From: an uncultured Chloroflexia bacterium
GTDB taxonomy: Bacteria; Chloroflexota; Limnocylindria; QHBO01
Length of the DNA stretch: 64,000 nt
Assembly (NCBI GenBank): GCA_963771155.1
Contig: CAVYSK010000007.1
Coordinates: forward strand, 85,128-149,127
Direction: 5' to 3'
Shown here: positions 19,362 to 27,075 of the stretch, piece after piece
Numbering within the stretch: the first letter of the stretch is position 1
Layout of the letters: the number at the start of each line of letters is the position of its first letter
The notes under the pieces: generated by a model
The model's database searches: none
What the model was told of the DNA's origin: nothing
What the model saw: the letters and a program-made list of their open reading frames with translations, nothing else
Translations under genes and position numbers: made by a program

Positions 19362-20600
19362 ATGGAGCGCCCCGAGCCGACGCCCATCCGGCACCTCACC
19401 TTCCTGTTCGCGGACGTCGAAGGAAGCACGCGGATCGCCGAGCTCCATGGAGCTGCGGCCGGCGTCGCGCTGGTCCGGTACCACGACCTCGTGGCACGCT
19501 CGGCCACCGAGCACGGCGGCCTGATGTTCGAGCGCATCGGCGACGGCGCCTACGCACACTTCCCGACGGCCACCGACGCGGTCACGGCTGCCGATGAGCT
19601 GCAGGCCGCCATCGCGGACGAGGATTGGGGACCGATCGGGCGGCTGCGGATCCGGATCGCCATGGTCACCGGCGACGTGGAGGTGCAGGGCGATCGCTTC
19701 TACGGCCCGCCGCTGTTCCGCGCGGCGCGTCTCCAGGCGCTCGCCAGCGGCGGAGAGACGCTCCTGGCCGGCACCACTGTCGACGAGCTCACCGATGGCC
19801 CGCCCGAGGGCACCATCCTTCGCGACCTGGGCACGCAGCGTCTCCGTGACGTGGCGGAGCCCGAGCGGGTCTTCGCGCTGGTGCATACTTCCCGCGCGCG
19901 CTCCTGGGGGCCGCACGATGACGAAACCGAGCAGAGGCAGGGGATCGAACGAGTGAGTGACGAAGAAGGCCCGATTCGCGTGCTGCTGGTCGACGACCAC
20001 GCCGTCGTTCGACGCGGCCTGCGTGGCTTCCTCGAGCTGCTGAAGGACTTCGATGTGGTCGGCGAGGCGGAGAACGGCCGCGAGGGCGTGGCCGCTGCCG
20101 ATCGGCTCGTGCCCGACGTGGTGCTCATGGACCTGTTGATGCCCGAGATGGGAGGCCTGGAGGCGATCGCCGCCATCAAGGAGGCCCACCCCGAGATCGA
20201 GATCGTGGCCGTGACCTCGTTCATCGAGGAGGAGAAGGTCACCTCCGCCCTCGAGGCCGGTGCGTCCGGATACCTGCTGAAGGACGCCGAGGCCGAGGAG
20301 GTCGCGCAGGCCATCCGAGCGGCCTATAACGGCGAGGTACACCTGGACCCGGCCGTCTCACGCCTCCTGGCGCAGCGCCTGCGACAGCGCAAGGACGCCG
20401 AGCCGGTTGAGCCGCTCACCGCGCGCGAGAAGGAGGTCCTCTCGCAGCTGGCCAAGGGCGCTTCGAACAAGGAGATCGCCTACGAGCTCGGGATCACTGA
20501 GCGCACGGCGCGAACCCACGTGTCGAACATCCTCGGCAAGCTCGGCCTCGCATCCCGCACGCAGGCCGCCCTCTATGCCGTTGAGCACAAGCTGGTCTAG
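19362..20600 (+). CDS. Fusion regulator: class III cyclase homology domain + REC + LuxR-type HTH (NarL/FixJ family)
   Basis: N-terminal CHD (FLFADVEGST, FERIGDGAYAHF, ..GDRFYGPPLFRAARL..), REC (VLLVDDH.., VVLMDLLMP, ..VTSF.., ..YLLKD) and a C-terminal HTH (LTAREKEVLSQLAKGASNKEIAYELGITERTARTHVSNILGKLG). Start taken at MERPEP. The upstream part of track ORF 19065..20600 is rejected. Confidence 0.85.
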   Translation: MERPEPTPIRHLTFLFADVEGSTRIAELHGAAAGVALVRYHDLVARSATEHGGLMFERIGDGAYAHFPTATDAVTAADELQAAIADEDWGPIGRLRIRIAMVTGDVEVQGDRFYGPPLFRAARLQALASGGETLLAGTTVDELTDGPPEGTILRDLGTQRLRDVAEPERVFALVHTSRARSWGPHDDETEQRQGIERVSDEEGPIRVLLVDDHAVVRRGLRGFLELLKDFDVVGEAENGREGVAAADRLVPDVVLMDLLMPEMGGLEAIAAIKEAHPEIEIVAVTSFIEEEKVTSALEAGASGYLLKDAEAEEVAQAIRAAYNGEVHLDPAVSRLLAQRLRQRKDAEPVEPLTAREKEVLSQLAKGASNKEIAYELGITERTARTHVSNILGKLGLASRTQAALYAVEHKLV

Positions 20601-20624
20601 ACCCGCTGCCAGGCGCACACGAAA

Positions 20625-20652
20625 ACGGCGGGCCGGATACCCGGCCCGCCGT
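20625..20652 (-). terminator. Intrinsic terminator-like hairpin between convergent genes
   Basis: Perfect 12-bp stem ACGGCGGGCCGG-ATAC-CCGGCCCGCCGT. On the minus strand it is followed by TTTTC, downstream of the 20673..21101 gene. There is no U-tract in the plus direction. Confidence 0.6.
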
Positions 20653-20672
20653 TGATGGATCTGCGGTAGTGC

Positions 20673-21101
20673 CTAGGCGGCTGTCGGGCGGAACCGCGCC
20701 GGCAGGACCGGGGCGACCGACTCGAGAGCGCTGCGGACGAGGCCCATCGGGCTGCCATAGACGCGGACGACGTCGACGGCGATCAGCGCGATGAGGGCGA
20801 CCTCGATGCCCTTGGCGATCCAGCCGAGGGTGAAGTAGGGACCCACCACCAGGTACCCGGCGATCGTCATGGCGGCGTATCCGGCCAGAGCGACACGTGG
20901 GAACCAGCTGAAGCGCTGGATGATCGGCGTCGGGGCCGCGGCACCGACCACGAACAGGGCGGCGAGGCCGAGGTAGCCGAGGCCGTTCATCGTGAACAAC
21001 AGGCCGCCGAGGCCGAGGTGGATGTTCGCGGTCGCCAGGGTCAGCGCGACGATGGCGGCGGTGATCACGAAGCCGGCGGTGCGGCTGCGGAGCATGGACA
21101 C
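20673..21101 (-). CDS. Hypothetical 4-TM membrane protein
   Basis: 142 aa, four hydrophobic helices. GGAGGA lies 8 nt upstream of GTG 21101. Divergent from the GAF kinase. Confidence 0.6.
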   Translation of the reverse strand: MSMLRSRTAGFVITAAIVALTLATANIHLGLGGLLFTMNGLGYLGLAALFVVGAAAPTPIIQRFSWFPRVALAGYAAMTIAGYLVVGPYFTLGWIAKGIEVALIALIAVDVVRVYGSPMGLVRSALESVAPVLPARFRPTAA

Positions 21102-21255
21102 GGCAGGGATCCTCCAGGTTTCGTGTGTTGAGCGTCGACGCCGCCGATCGGCATCGAGTCATTGATTCGATGCCATGAGTGTCAGGGGGAGACCGGTGCC
21201 AACGAATCGGACAGACGGGCAATGCGCGTGCGGGACAAGCGCGGCGTGGGCCGAT

Positions 21256-21272
21256 CGGCCGGATGACGTATG
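21256..21272 (+). promoter_or_regulatory. Copy of dispersed motif: CGGCCGGATGACGTATG
   Basis: Identical to the minus-strand 17-mer at 16736-16752. Its ATG (21263) is in frame with the kinase. Confidence 0.7.
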
Positions 21273-21310
21273 GCGTATGGGACGGGCGCCGGGTAGGGGT
21301 CCGCGTGTGC

Positions 21311-21321
21311 GATGACGTATG
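21311..21321 (+). promoter_or_regulatory. Second core copy GATGACGTATG, 49 bp downstream of the first
   Basis: 11-nt direct repeat of 21262-21272. Its TATGCT is a TANNNT box 12 nt upstream of ATG 21335. Confidence 0.6.
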
Positions 21322-21334
21322 CTCACGGGCGCCG

Positions 21335-24300
21335 ATGACCCGCGCCCCAACGCGTCGCGAGGCCCCGAGCCCCCCGGCGCCCACAGAGCAGCCCGAGACG
21401 CGCGCCATGCTGGCCCGCGCCGTTGAGGAGGCCGCGCGCCTCCTGAACGCCGATGGGGCGATGGTGTATCTCGTCGACGGCGACGATCAGATGCGATTTG
21501 CCGTCGACGCCGGCATCCGGAATCCGGAGGCACAGCAGCTGATCCGCGACCTCACGCTCCCGGTCGGCGTGGGGCTCATCGGGCACAGCGCGGCTACCGG
21601 CGAGGTCATCGTCTCCGGCGATTACCGGCGCGATCGGCGCTTCCCGCACTCTCCCACCGCCGATCGGATCGCCTCGATCGCCAACATGCGCTCGATGGTC
21701 GCCGCACCCCTCATCGCCGAAGGCACCGTGCTCGGCGCGCTCGGAGCCTACTCGTCGCGCATCGACGACTTCGACGAGGCCGAGGTCGCGCTGCTGCGCG
21801 CTCTGGCCGACCACGCGGCGGCCGCGATCGCCAACCAGCAGCTCATCGAGCGGCTGGCGCGCTCGCAGGACGAGCTCGCGCGGCGCGTCGACGCACAACG
21901 CACGCTGGCCAAGATCACCGCGTCGGTCGCCGGGCTCCGGACGCCCGATGCGGTCCTCCACGAGGTGGTCGAGTCGGCGAGGCGTCTCCTCGGATCGGAC
22001 GGCGCGCACCTGACGCTCATGGACAGCGGCGGCACGTATCTGCGACCGACCGTGGTCGCCGGCGGCAACGAGGCCTGGACGGAGGAGTGGCTGACGCAGC
22101 TCGAGTTCCCGGTGAACGGCGGCATCAACGGACTCGCGGCCGGGACAGGGAAGGTGACCTGGACCGAGGACTACCCGGCCGATCCGCGCATCCCGCACGA
22201 GGAGAGCGATCAGTCGGTCGCCGAGCGACTCAGGCTGCGTGGCATGGCATCGGCCCCATTGCGCGGCACCGAGGGCCACGTGATCGGGACCCTGGCGGTC
22301 TCGTTCGACGAGGTGCACCGCTTCACCGACGACGAGCTCGAGCTGCTCATCGGCCTTGCCGACCAGGGCGCGATCGCGATCTCGAACGCCCGGCTGCTCG
22401 AGAAGGTGTCGAGCTCGGAGGGACGCTTCCGCCATCTCGTGACATCGTCCCCGGACCTGGTGTGGGAGACCGACGCCACGGGGAACTTCACGTTCCTGTC
22501 CCCCCGCCTCGCCGAGCTGACGGGGTGGGGGCCCGAGGACCTCGTCGGCCAGGGATGGCCGGCGATCGTGGACGAGGCGTCGATGCCGGATGCGCAGGCG
22601 ACCTGGGAGGGCTTGCAGGCCGACCCGAGCGTGGTGCGCAAGAACCGCTTCCTCCTGCGTCGCAAGGAGGGAGCACCGATCCCGGCCGAGGTGTACGCCA
22701 TCGGCAGCGAGCGCGATGGGGCGTTCGCCGGGGCCCACGGGTCGATCCGCGACCTCAGCGACGCCGAGCAGCTGACCGAGCGCCTGCGTCGGCAGACCGA
22801 CGAGCTCGCCGATCGCGTCGAGGCGCAGCGCACGCTCGCCGAGATGGCCGCCCAGCTGACCTCGCTGCGCGATCCGTCGGAGGTCCTCAAGCAGACGCTG
22901 ATCGCCGCCGTCCGTCTGCTGAAGGGGGATGGCGGACAGATCGGGATGATCGCCGCGGATCCCGACGGCACGCTGCGCTGGGGTCACGGCCACTCGCTCG
23001 TCCACGATGCGCTGTCGCCGTTCACCAAGGAGGACCAGACCACGGTCTACGAGGGTGTCTCGGGCCGCTCGGTCCGCGAGCGACGCGCGACCTGGACCGC
23101 CGACTACCTCGCTGACACGACGTTCTCGCACGAGGCCAACGCCGACAGGGTCGGGCGCGAGCTCGGCATCCGTGCCGTCATTGCGGCCCCGCTGCTGGCC
23201 AACGATGAGCCCATCGGCGCCATCGGCGTCTACACCGAGGAGCCCGGGACCTTCGACGCGGACGACGCGGAGCTGCTCGGGCTGCTCGCCGACCAGGCGG
23301 CCATCGTGCTGACCAACGCGCGGCTGTACGCCGAGGCGGAGATCGCGGCGCAGCAGCTGGCGCACCGCGTGGAGGCCCAGCGCTCGCTCGGCGAGATCGC
23401 GGCCTCGATCACGTCGCTGCGCGACCCGTCGGAGGTCCTGCGCCGCACCGTGGCCGAGGCGAAGCGGCTGCTGGGCGCGGAGCACCTCGTCATCCATCAG
23501 CTCCGGGCAGGCACCCACGAGCTGGCCGACTACCGGGAAGTGTTCAATGCCGGCCCGGATACCCCACCCGTGGACGAGGTGACCGTCAGCATCGGGCAGG
23601 GGATCGCAGGTCGGGCGATCGAGAACGCAGAGGTGACGTGGACGTCCGACTACCTGGCCGACACGTCGTTCCAGCACACCGCCAAGGCCGACGAGTGGAT
23701 CACCCGTTACGGCTACCGATCCCAGATGAGCGCGCCGCTGATCGGCGAGGGCGGAGCGCTGGGAGCGATCACCGCCTACTCCTCGAAGGTCGACGCCTTC
23801 GGAGCCGACGACGCGGAGCTGCTGGGCGCCCTTGCCAGCCAGGCGGCCATCGTGCTCGGCAACGCGCGGCTGTACGAGGAGCTGGAGCTGCGCGTCGAGG
23901 CACAGCGCTCGCTCGGCGAGATCGCGGCCCGCATCACCGCCATCCGCGACCCGGGCGACGTCCTGCAGCGCACGCTCGACGAGGCCGTGCGGCTCCTGGA
24001 CGCGGACGGCGGCCGGATCGAGCTCGTGGCCGACACCGGCGGCCTGCACTGGGCGTTCGGCCACTCGGCCATCGACCTGCCGATTGAGCGCGACGAAGAG
24101 ATCGACCCGGTCCAGGCGGACGAGGGCGTCTCAGGTCGGGCGGTGATCGAGCGCCGTGTGATCCGGACCGGCGACTACATGGTCGACGAGCAGTTCACGC
24201 ACGCCGAGGCGCCAGACCGCTACATCCGCCAGCACGGCATCCGGTCGGTCATGAGCGCTCCCCTCATTGGCGAGGACGGCGCCATCGGCTCGCTGACCGT

Positions 24301-27013
24301 TCACTCGCAGACCCGCGACGCGTTCGACGAGGCCAACGCCGAGCTGCTCGAGGTGCTCGCCAGCCAGGCGGCCATCGCCGTCACGAACGCTCGGCTCTAC
24401 GAGCAGCTGCGCGAACGGGTGGACGCCCAACAGGCGCTGGCCGCGATCAGCGCCGAGATCGCCGCGCTCCACGACCCTGCCGCGGTGCTCCAGCGCACCG
24501 CCGAGGAGGCGCTACGGTTGCTGCGCGCTGACACGGCCGTCATCAACCCGCTCGAGGACAACGACGCGCTGCTCGGCTGGCCGATCGCCTACGCCCCCGC
24601 CGAAGGGCCAGCCGATGACATCCCGGTCCGCATCGGCCAGGGGATCAGCGGCCTTGCCATGGCCGAGCACCGCGTCGCTCGCACGGGCGACTACCTCGTG
24701 GATCCGTCCTTCCCGCACGCTGCGGATCTGGACGAATACATCGAGAGGCGCGGGATGCGCTCGGTGATGACGGCCCCGCTCGTGAGCAGCGCCGGGGGCC
24801 TGGGCGCCCTGACCGTGCAGGCCATGCGGCCGAACGCCTTCGACGAGGCCGATGCCGAGCTTCTCCGCGTCCTGGCCGACCAGGCGGCCATCGCCATCAC
24901 CAACGCGCGCCTGTACGACGAGCTGGGCGAGGAGTCGGCGGCACTTGCCCGCCAGACCGATTCGCAGCAGCGGCTGCTCCAGATCAACGAGAACCTGCTG
25001 CGCACGCTCGACCCGGCATCGGTGCTCGAGCTGATCGCCGATGGCCTGAAGAGCGTGGTCTGGTACGACAACTTCAGCATCTACCGCGCCGATCAGGAGA
25101 TGCGCGTTCTCAATCCGGTGCTGGCCCGTGACCGCAACGCGCGGGCGGTCCTCGCGTTCCCGATCGAGCGAGGAAGCGGGCTGACCTGGTGGAGCGTCGA
25201 GCACCGCGAGCCGGTGCTGCTCAACGACGCCCTCAACGACCCGCGCGTCATCCAGATCCCGGGCACGATCGAGGAAGAGGAGGCGATGATCATCGTGCCG
25301 CTCGTCAGCGGCGACGAGGTCATCGGCGCCATGAACATCGCCCGCAGCGGCGGCGCCGAGGTCGCCTTCACCGATGCGGACTTCGAGCTCGTGCAGCTCT
25401 TCGCGGGCCAGGCCGCGGTGGCCATCACGAACGCCCGGCTCTACGAGCAGCTCCGCACCCGCGTGGACGCGCAGCGCAGCCTGGCCGAGATCGCGGCGCA
25501 GATCGCGTCGCTGCACGAGCCGCAGACGGTGCTGGACCGCGCCGTCGCCGATGCTGCCCGCCTCCTCGGCGCCGACCGGGCGCAGATCAACCTGATGGGC
25601 GACGACACAACCCACCTCGACCCGCCCATCACCGCGGCGCCGATCCCGCCATCGCCGAAGGACGTGCCCGTGCCGGTTGGCTCGGGCATCGCCGGCATCG
25701 CGGCCGCCGAGAAGCGCGTGTGCTGGACGGGCGATTACCTCGCCGACCAGGCCTTCCCGCACGACGAGGGCGACCGCTGGATCGAGGTGCAGCAGATCCA
25801 CTCGATGATGTCCGCACCGCTGCTCGGCCCGGACCGGCTGATCGGCACGATCACGGTGCAGTCGACCGAGCGCGACCAGTTCGACGAGCAGGACGCGGAG
25901 CTGCTGAAGCTGTTGGCCGACCAGGCCGCCATCGCCCTCACCAACGCGCGCCTGTACGCCGAGGTCGAGGAGTCCGAACGCCGGTATCGCCACCTCGTCG
26001 ACAACTCGCCGGACATCGTGTGGAGCGTCGACGTCGACGGGATCATCACGTACGTCAGTGACTCGCTCGAGCCGCGATCCGGTTGGAAGCCGGAGCAGAT
26101 CATCGGGCAGCCGTACACCGTCATGATCAACGCCGAGCAGCCCGGCCCCGGGGTGTGGGAAGCGCTCCGCCAGCGCCCCGAAGAGGAGCATCGCCTCAGG
26201 ACGGAGATGCCGCTGCCGGACGGCCGCCGTGCGCAGGTCGAGGTGGCGATGACCGGCACGATCGTCGACGGCAAGTTCGCCGGCGCGCATGGATCGGTCC
26301 GCGACATCAGCGAGCGCGAGCGGCTGGAGGGCGACCTGCGCGGCCAGGCCGCCGAGCTGGCCGCCAGCCAGGAGCGCGCCCATCTCGCGCGCGAGCTCCA
26401 CGACTCGGTCACGCAGGCCCTGTTCAGCATGGGACTCACCCTGCGGACCCTGGAGCTCCTGCTCGAGAGCGATCCCGATTCGGCCCATGAGAAGCTCACC
26501 GAGCTGCGGGAGCTCCAGAAGGACGCCCTGGCCGAGATGCGCACCCTGATCTTCGAGCTCCGTCCATCCAGCCTGGAGAACGACGGGCTGGTGCAGGCGC
26601 TGCGCACCCACGCCACCGCGGTGCAGCGCCGGACCGGCCTGGCCATGGTCGTCGACGCCGAGCCGATCGACCGCCTGCCGTTGGCCTGCGAGGAGGCGCT
26701 GTACCGCATCGGCCAGGAGGCGCTCCACAACGTCGTCAAGCATGCGAACGCCTCGAACGCCACGATCCGGATCTGGCGCGATGGCCCGCGGGTCCACCTG
26801 TCGGTCACAGACGATGGGGGAGGATTCGACCCCGATTCCGTTCCTCGGGGGCACCTCGGGCTCATCGGGATGCGGCAGCGCGTCGACCTGGTCGGTGGCG
26901 AGCTGCGGGTTGAGAGCCGCGCGCACCGAGGCACCACGATCGAGGCCAGCGTGCCTGCCGACGACCCGCCCGAGCCGGCCGAGGCGGCGACGAGCGAGCC
27001 CTCGGCCGAATGA
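21335..27013 (+). CDS. Giant cytoplasmic sensor histidine kinase: 8 GAF + 2 PAS + HisKA_3 + HATPase_c
   Basis: Eight GAF-like modules each end in a ..LADQAAIA(I/L)TNARLYE.. helix. PAS-like segments follow GAF2 (..LVTSSPDLVWETDATGNFTFLSPR..) and GAF8 (..LVDNSPDIVWSVDVDGIITYVSDS..). H-box AHLARELHDSVTQALFS (HisKA_3). ATPase motifs EALHNVVKHANAS, DDGGGFD, GLIGMRQR. No TM segment. Alternative in-frame starts at 21263 and 21179. Confidence 0.9.
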   Translation: MTRAPTRREAPSPPAPTEQPETRAMLARAVEEAARLLNADGAMVYLVDGDDQMRFAVDAGIRNPEAQQLIRDLTLPVGVGLIGHSAATGEVIVSGDYRRDRRFPHSPTADRIASIANMRSMVAAPLIAEGTVLGALGAYSSRIDDFDEAEVALLRALADHAAAAIANQQLIERLARSQDELARRVDAQRTLAKITASVAGLRTPDAVLHEVVESARRLLGSDGAHLTLMDSGGTYLRPTVVAGGNEAWTEEWLTQLEFPVNGGINGLAAGTGKVTWTEDYPADPRIPHEESDQSVAERLRLRGMASAPLRGTEGHVIGTLAVSFDEVHRFTDDELELLIGLADQGAIAISNARLLEKVSSSEGRFRHLVTSSPDLVWETDATGNFTFLSPRLAELTGWGPEDLVGQGWPAIVDEASMPDAQATWEGLQADPSVVRKNRFLLRRKEGAPIPAEVYAIGSERDGAFAGAHGSIRDLSDAEQLTERLRRQTDELADRVEAQRTLAEMAAQLTSLRDPSEVLKQTLIAAVRLLKGDGGQIGMIAADPDGTLRWGHGHSLVHDALSPFTKEDQTTVYEGVSGRSVRERRATWTADYLADTTFSHEANADRVGRELGIRAVIAAPLLANDEPIGAIGVYTEEPGTFDADDAELLGLLADQAAIVLTNARLYAEAEIAAQQLAHRVEAQRSLGEIAASITSLRDPSEVLRRTVAEAKRLLGAEHLVIHQLRAGTHELADYREVFNAGPDTPPVDEVTVSIGQGIAGRAIENAEVTWTSDYLADTSFQHTAKADEWITRYGYRSQMSAPLIGEGGALGAITAYSSKVDAFGADDAELLGALASQAAIVLGNARLYEELELRVEAQRSLGEIAARITAIRDPGDVLQRTLDEAVRLLDADGGRIELVADTGGLHWAFGHSAIDLPIERDEEIDPVQADEGVSGRAVIERRVIRTGDYMVDEQFTHAEAPDRYIRQHGIRSVMSAPLIGEDGAIGSLTVHSQTRDAFDEANAELLEVLASQAAIAVTNARLYEQLRERVDAQQALAAISAEIAALHDPAAVLQRTAEEALRLLRADTAVINPLEDNDALLGWPIAYAPAEGPADDIPVRIGQGISGLAMAEHRVARTGDYLVDPSFPHAADLDEYIERRGMRSVMTAPLVSSAGGLGALTVQAMRPNAFDEADAELLRVLADQAAIAITNARLYDELGEESAALARQTDSQQRLLQINENLLRTLDPASVLELIADGLKSVVWYDNFSIYRADQEMRVLNPVLARDRNARAVLAFPIERGSGLTWWSVEHREPVLLNDALNDPRVIQIPGTIEEEEAMIIVPLVSGDEVIGAMNIARSGGAEVAFTDADFELVQLFAGQAAVAITNARLYEQLRTRVDAQRSLAEIAAQIASLHEPQTVLDRAVADAARLLGADRAQINLMGDDTTHLDPPITAAPIPPSPKDVPVPVGSGIAGIAAAEKRVCWTGDYLADQAFPHDEGDRWIEVQQIHSMMSAPLLGPDRLIGTITVQSTERDQFDEQDAELLKLLADQAAIALTNARLYAEVEESERRYRHLVDNSPDIVWSVDVDGIITYVSDSLEPRSGWKPEQIIGQPYTVMINAEQPGPGVWEALRQRPEEEHRLRTEMPLPDGRRAQVEVAMTGTIVDGKFAGAHGSVRDISERERLEGDLRGQAAELAASQERAHLARELHDSVTQALFSMGLTLRTLELLLESDPDSAHEKLTELRELQKDALAEMRTLIFELRPSSLENDGLVQALRTHATAVQRRTGLAMVVDAEPIDRLPLACEEALYRIGQEALHNVVKHANASNATIRIWRDGPRVHLSVTDDGGGFDPDSVPRGHLGLIGMRQRVDLVGGELRVESRAHRGTTIEASVPADDPPEPAEAATSEPSAE
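22780..25980 (+). repeat. Intragenic tandem repeats (six GAF modules plus coiled-coil linkers, period 513-546 bp)
   Basis: The block CCAGGC(G/C)GCC..ATCG..ACSAACGC.CG.CT.TACG recurs at 23293, 23839, 24364, 24880, 25408 and 25921. The linkers all read ..RV(E/D)AQR(S/T)L(A/G)EIAA.I..L.DP..VL... Confidence 0.85.
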
Positions 27014-27019
27014 CGTAGC
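27004..27019 (+). promoter_or_regulatory. Copy of dispersed motif: GGCCGAATGACGTAGC (overlaps the kinase stop codon)
   Basis: The kinase TGA (27011-27013) lies inside the motif. The motif itself reads ATG ACG TAG. Confidence 0.7.
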
Positions 27020-27028
27020 CCGACTGGT

Positions 27029-27040
27029 TCATTCCGCCAC
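27029..27040 (+). promoter_or_regulatory. 12-mer TCATTCCGCCAC, identical to 19316-19327
   Basis: 47 nt upstream of ATG 27076. It forms an imperfect inverted repeat with 27004-27015 (GGCCGAATGAC / GTTCATTCCGCC). Confidence 0.6.
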
Positions 27041-27063
27041 TCGTCGCCGGCGCCCGCGCGACG

Positions 27064-27069
27064 TACTCT
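27064..27069 (+). promoter_or_regulatory. -10-like TACTCT box 6 nt upstream of ATG 27076 (possible leaderless transcript)
   Basis: TANNNT hexamer preceded by ACG (ACGTACTCT; compare ACGTATGCT at the kinase). No SD. Confidence 0.35.
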
Positions 27070-27075
27070 GGATCC

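Noticed and set aside
22780-25980. Regular repeats of about 520 bp as a CRISPR array or non-coding tandem repeat.
   Set aside because: The period is far too long, the repeats are imperfect, and they lie in a single uninterrupted reading frame encoding GAF modules.
26050-26056. Additional partial matches to the ATGACGTA box inside coding DNA (TACGTCA at about 26050 and about 46381; ACGTCAT at about 6425 and about 43222).
   Set aside because: They match only 7 of 8 core positions, lack the GGCSG extension, and arise from common Tyr-Val / Val-Met codon pairs. They are not counted as motif copies.
21323-26926. Very long antisense ORFs opposite the GAF kinase (913 aa at 21323..24064 and 804 aa at 24512..26926).
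   Set aside because: They are Arg/Gly/Asp/Val-rich low-complexity translations lying exactly opposite a gene with clear domain motifs. Long open antisense frames are expected at this GC content.
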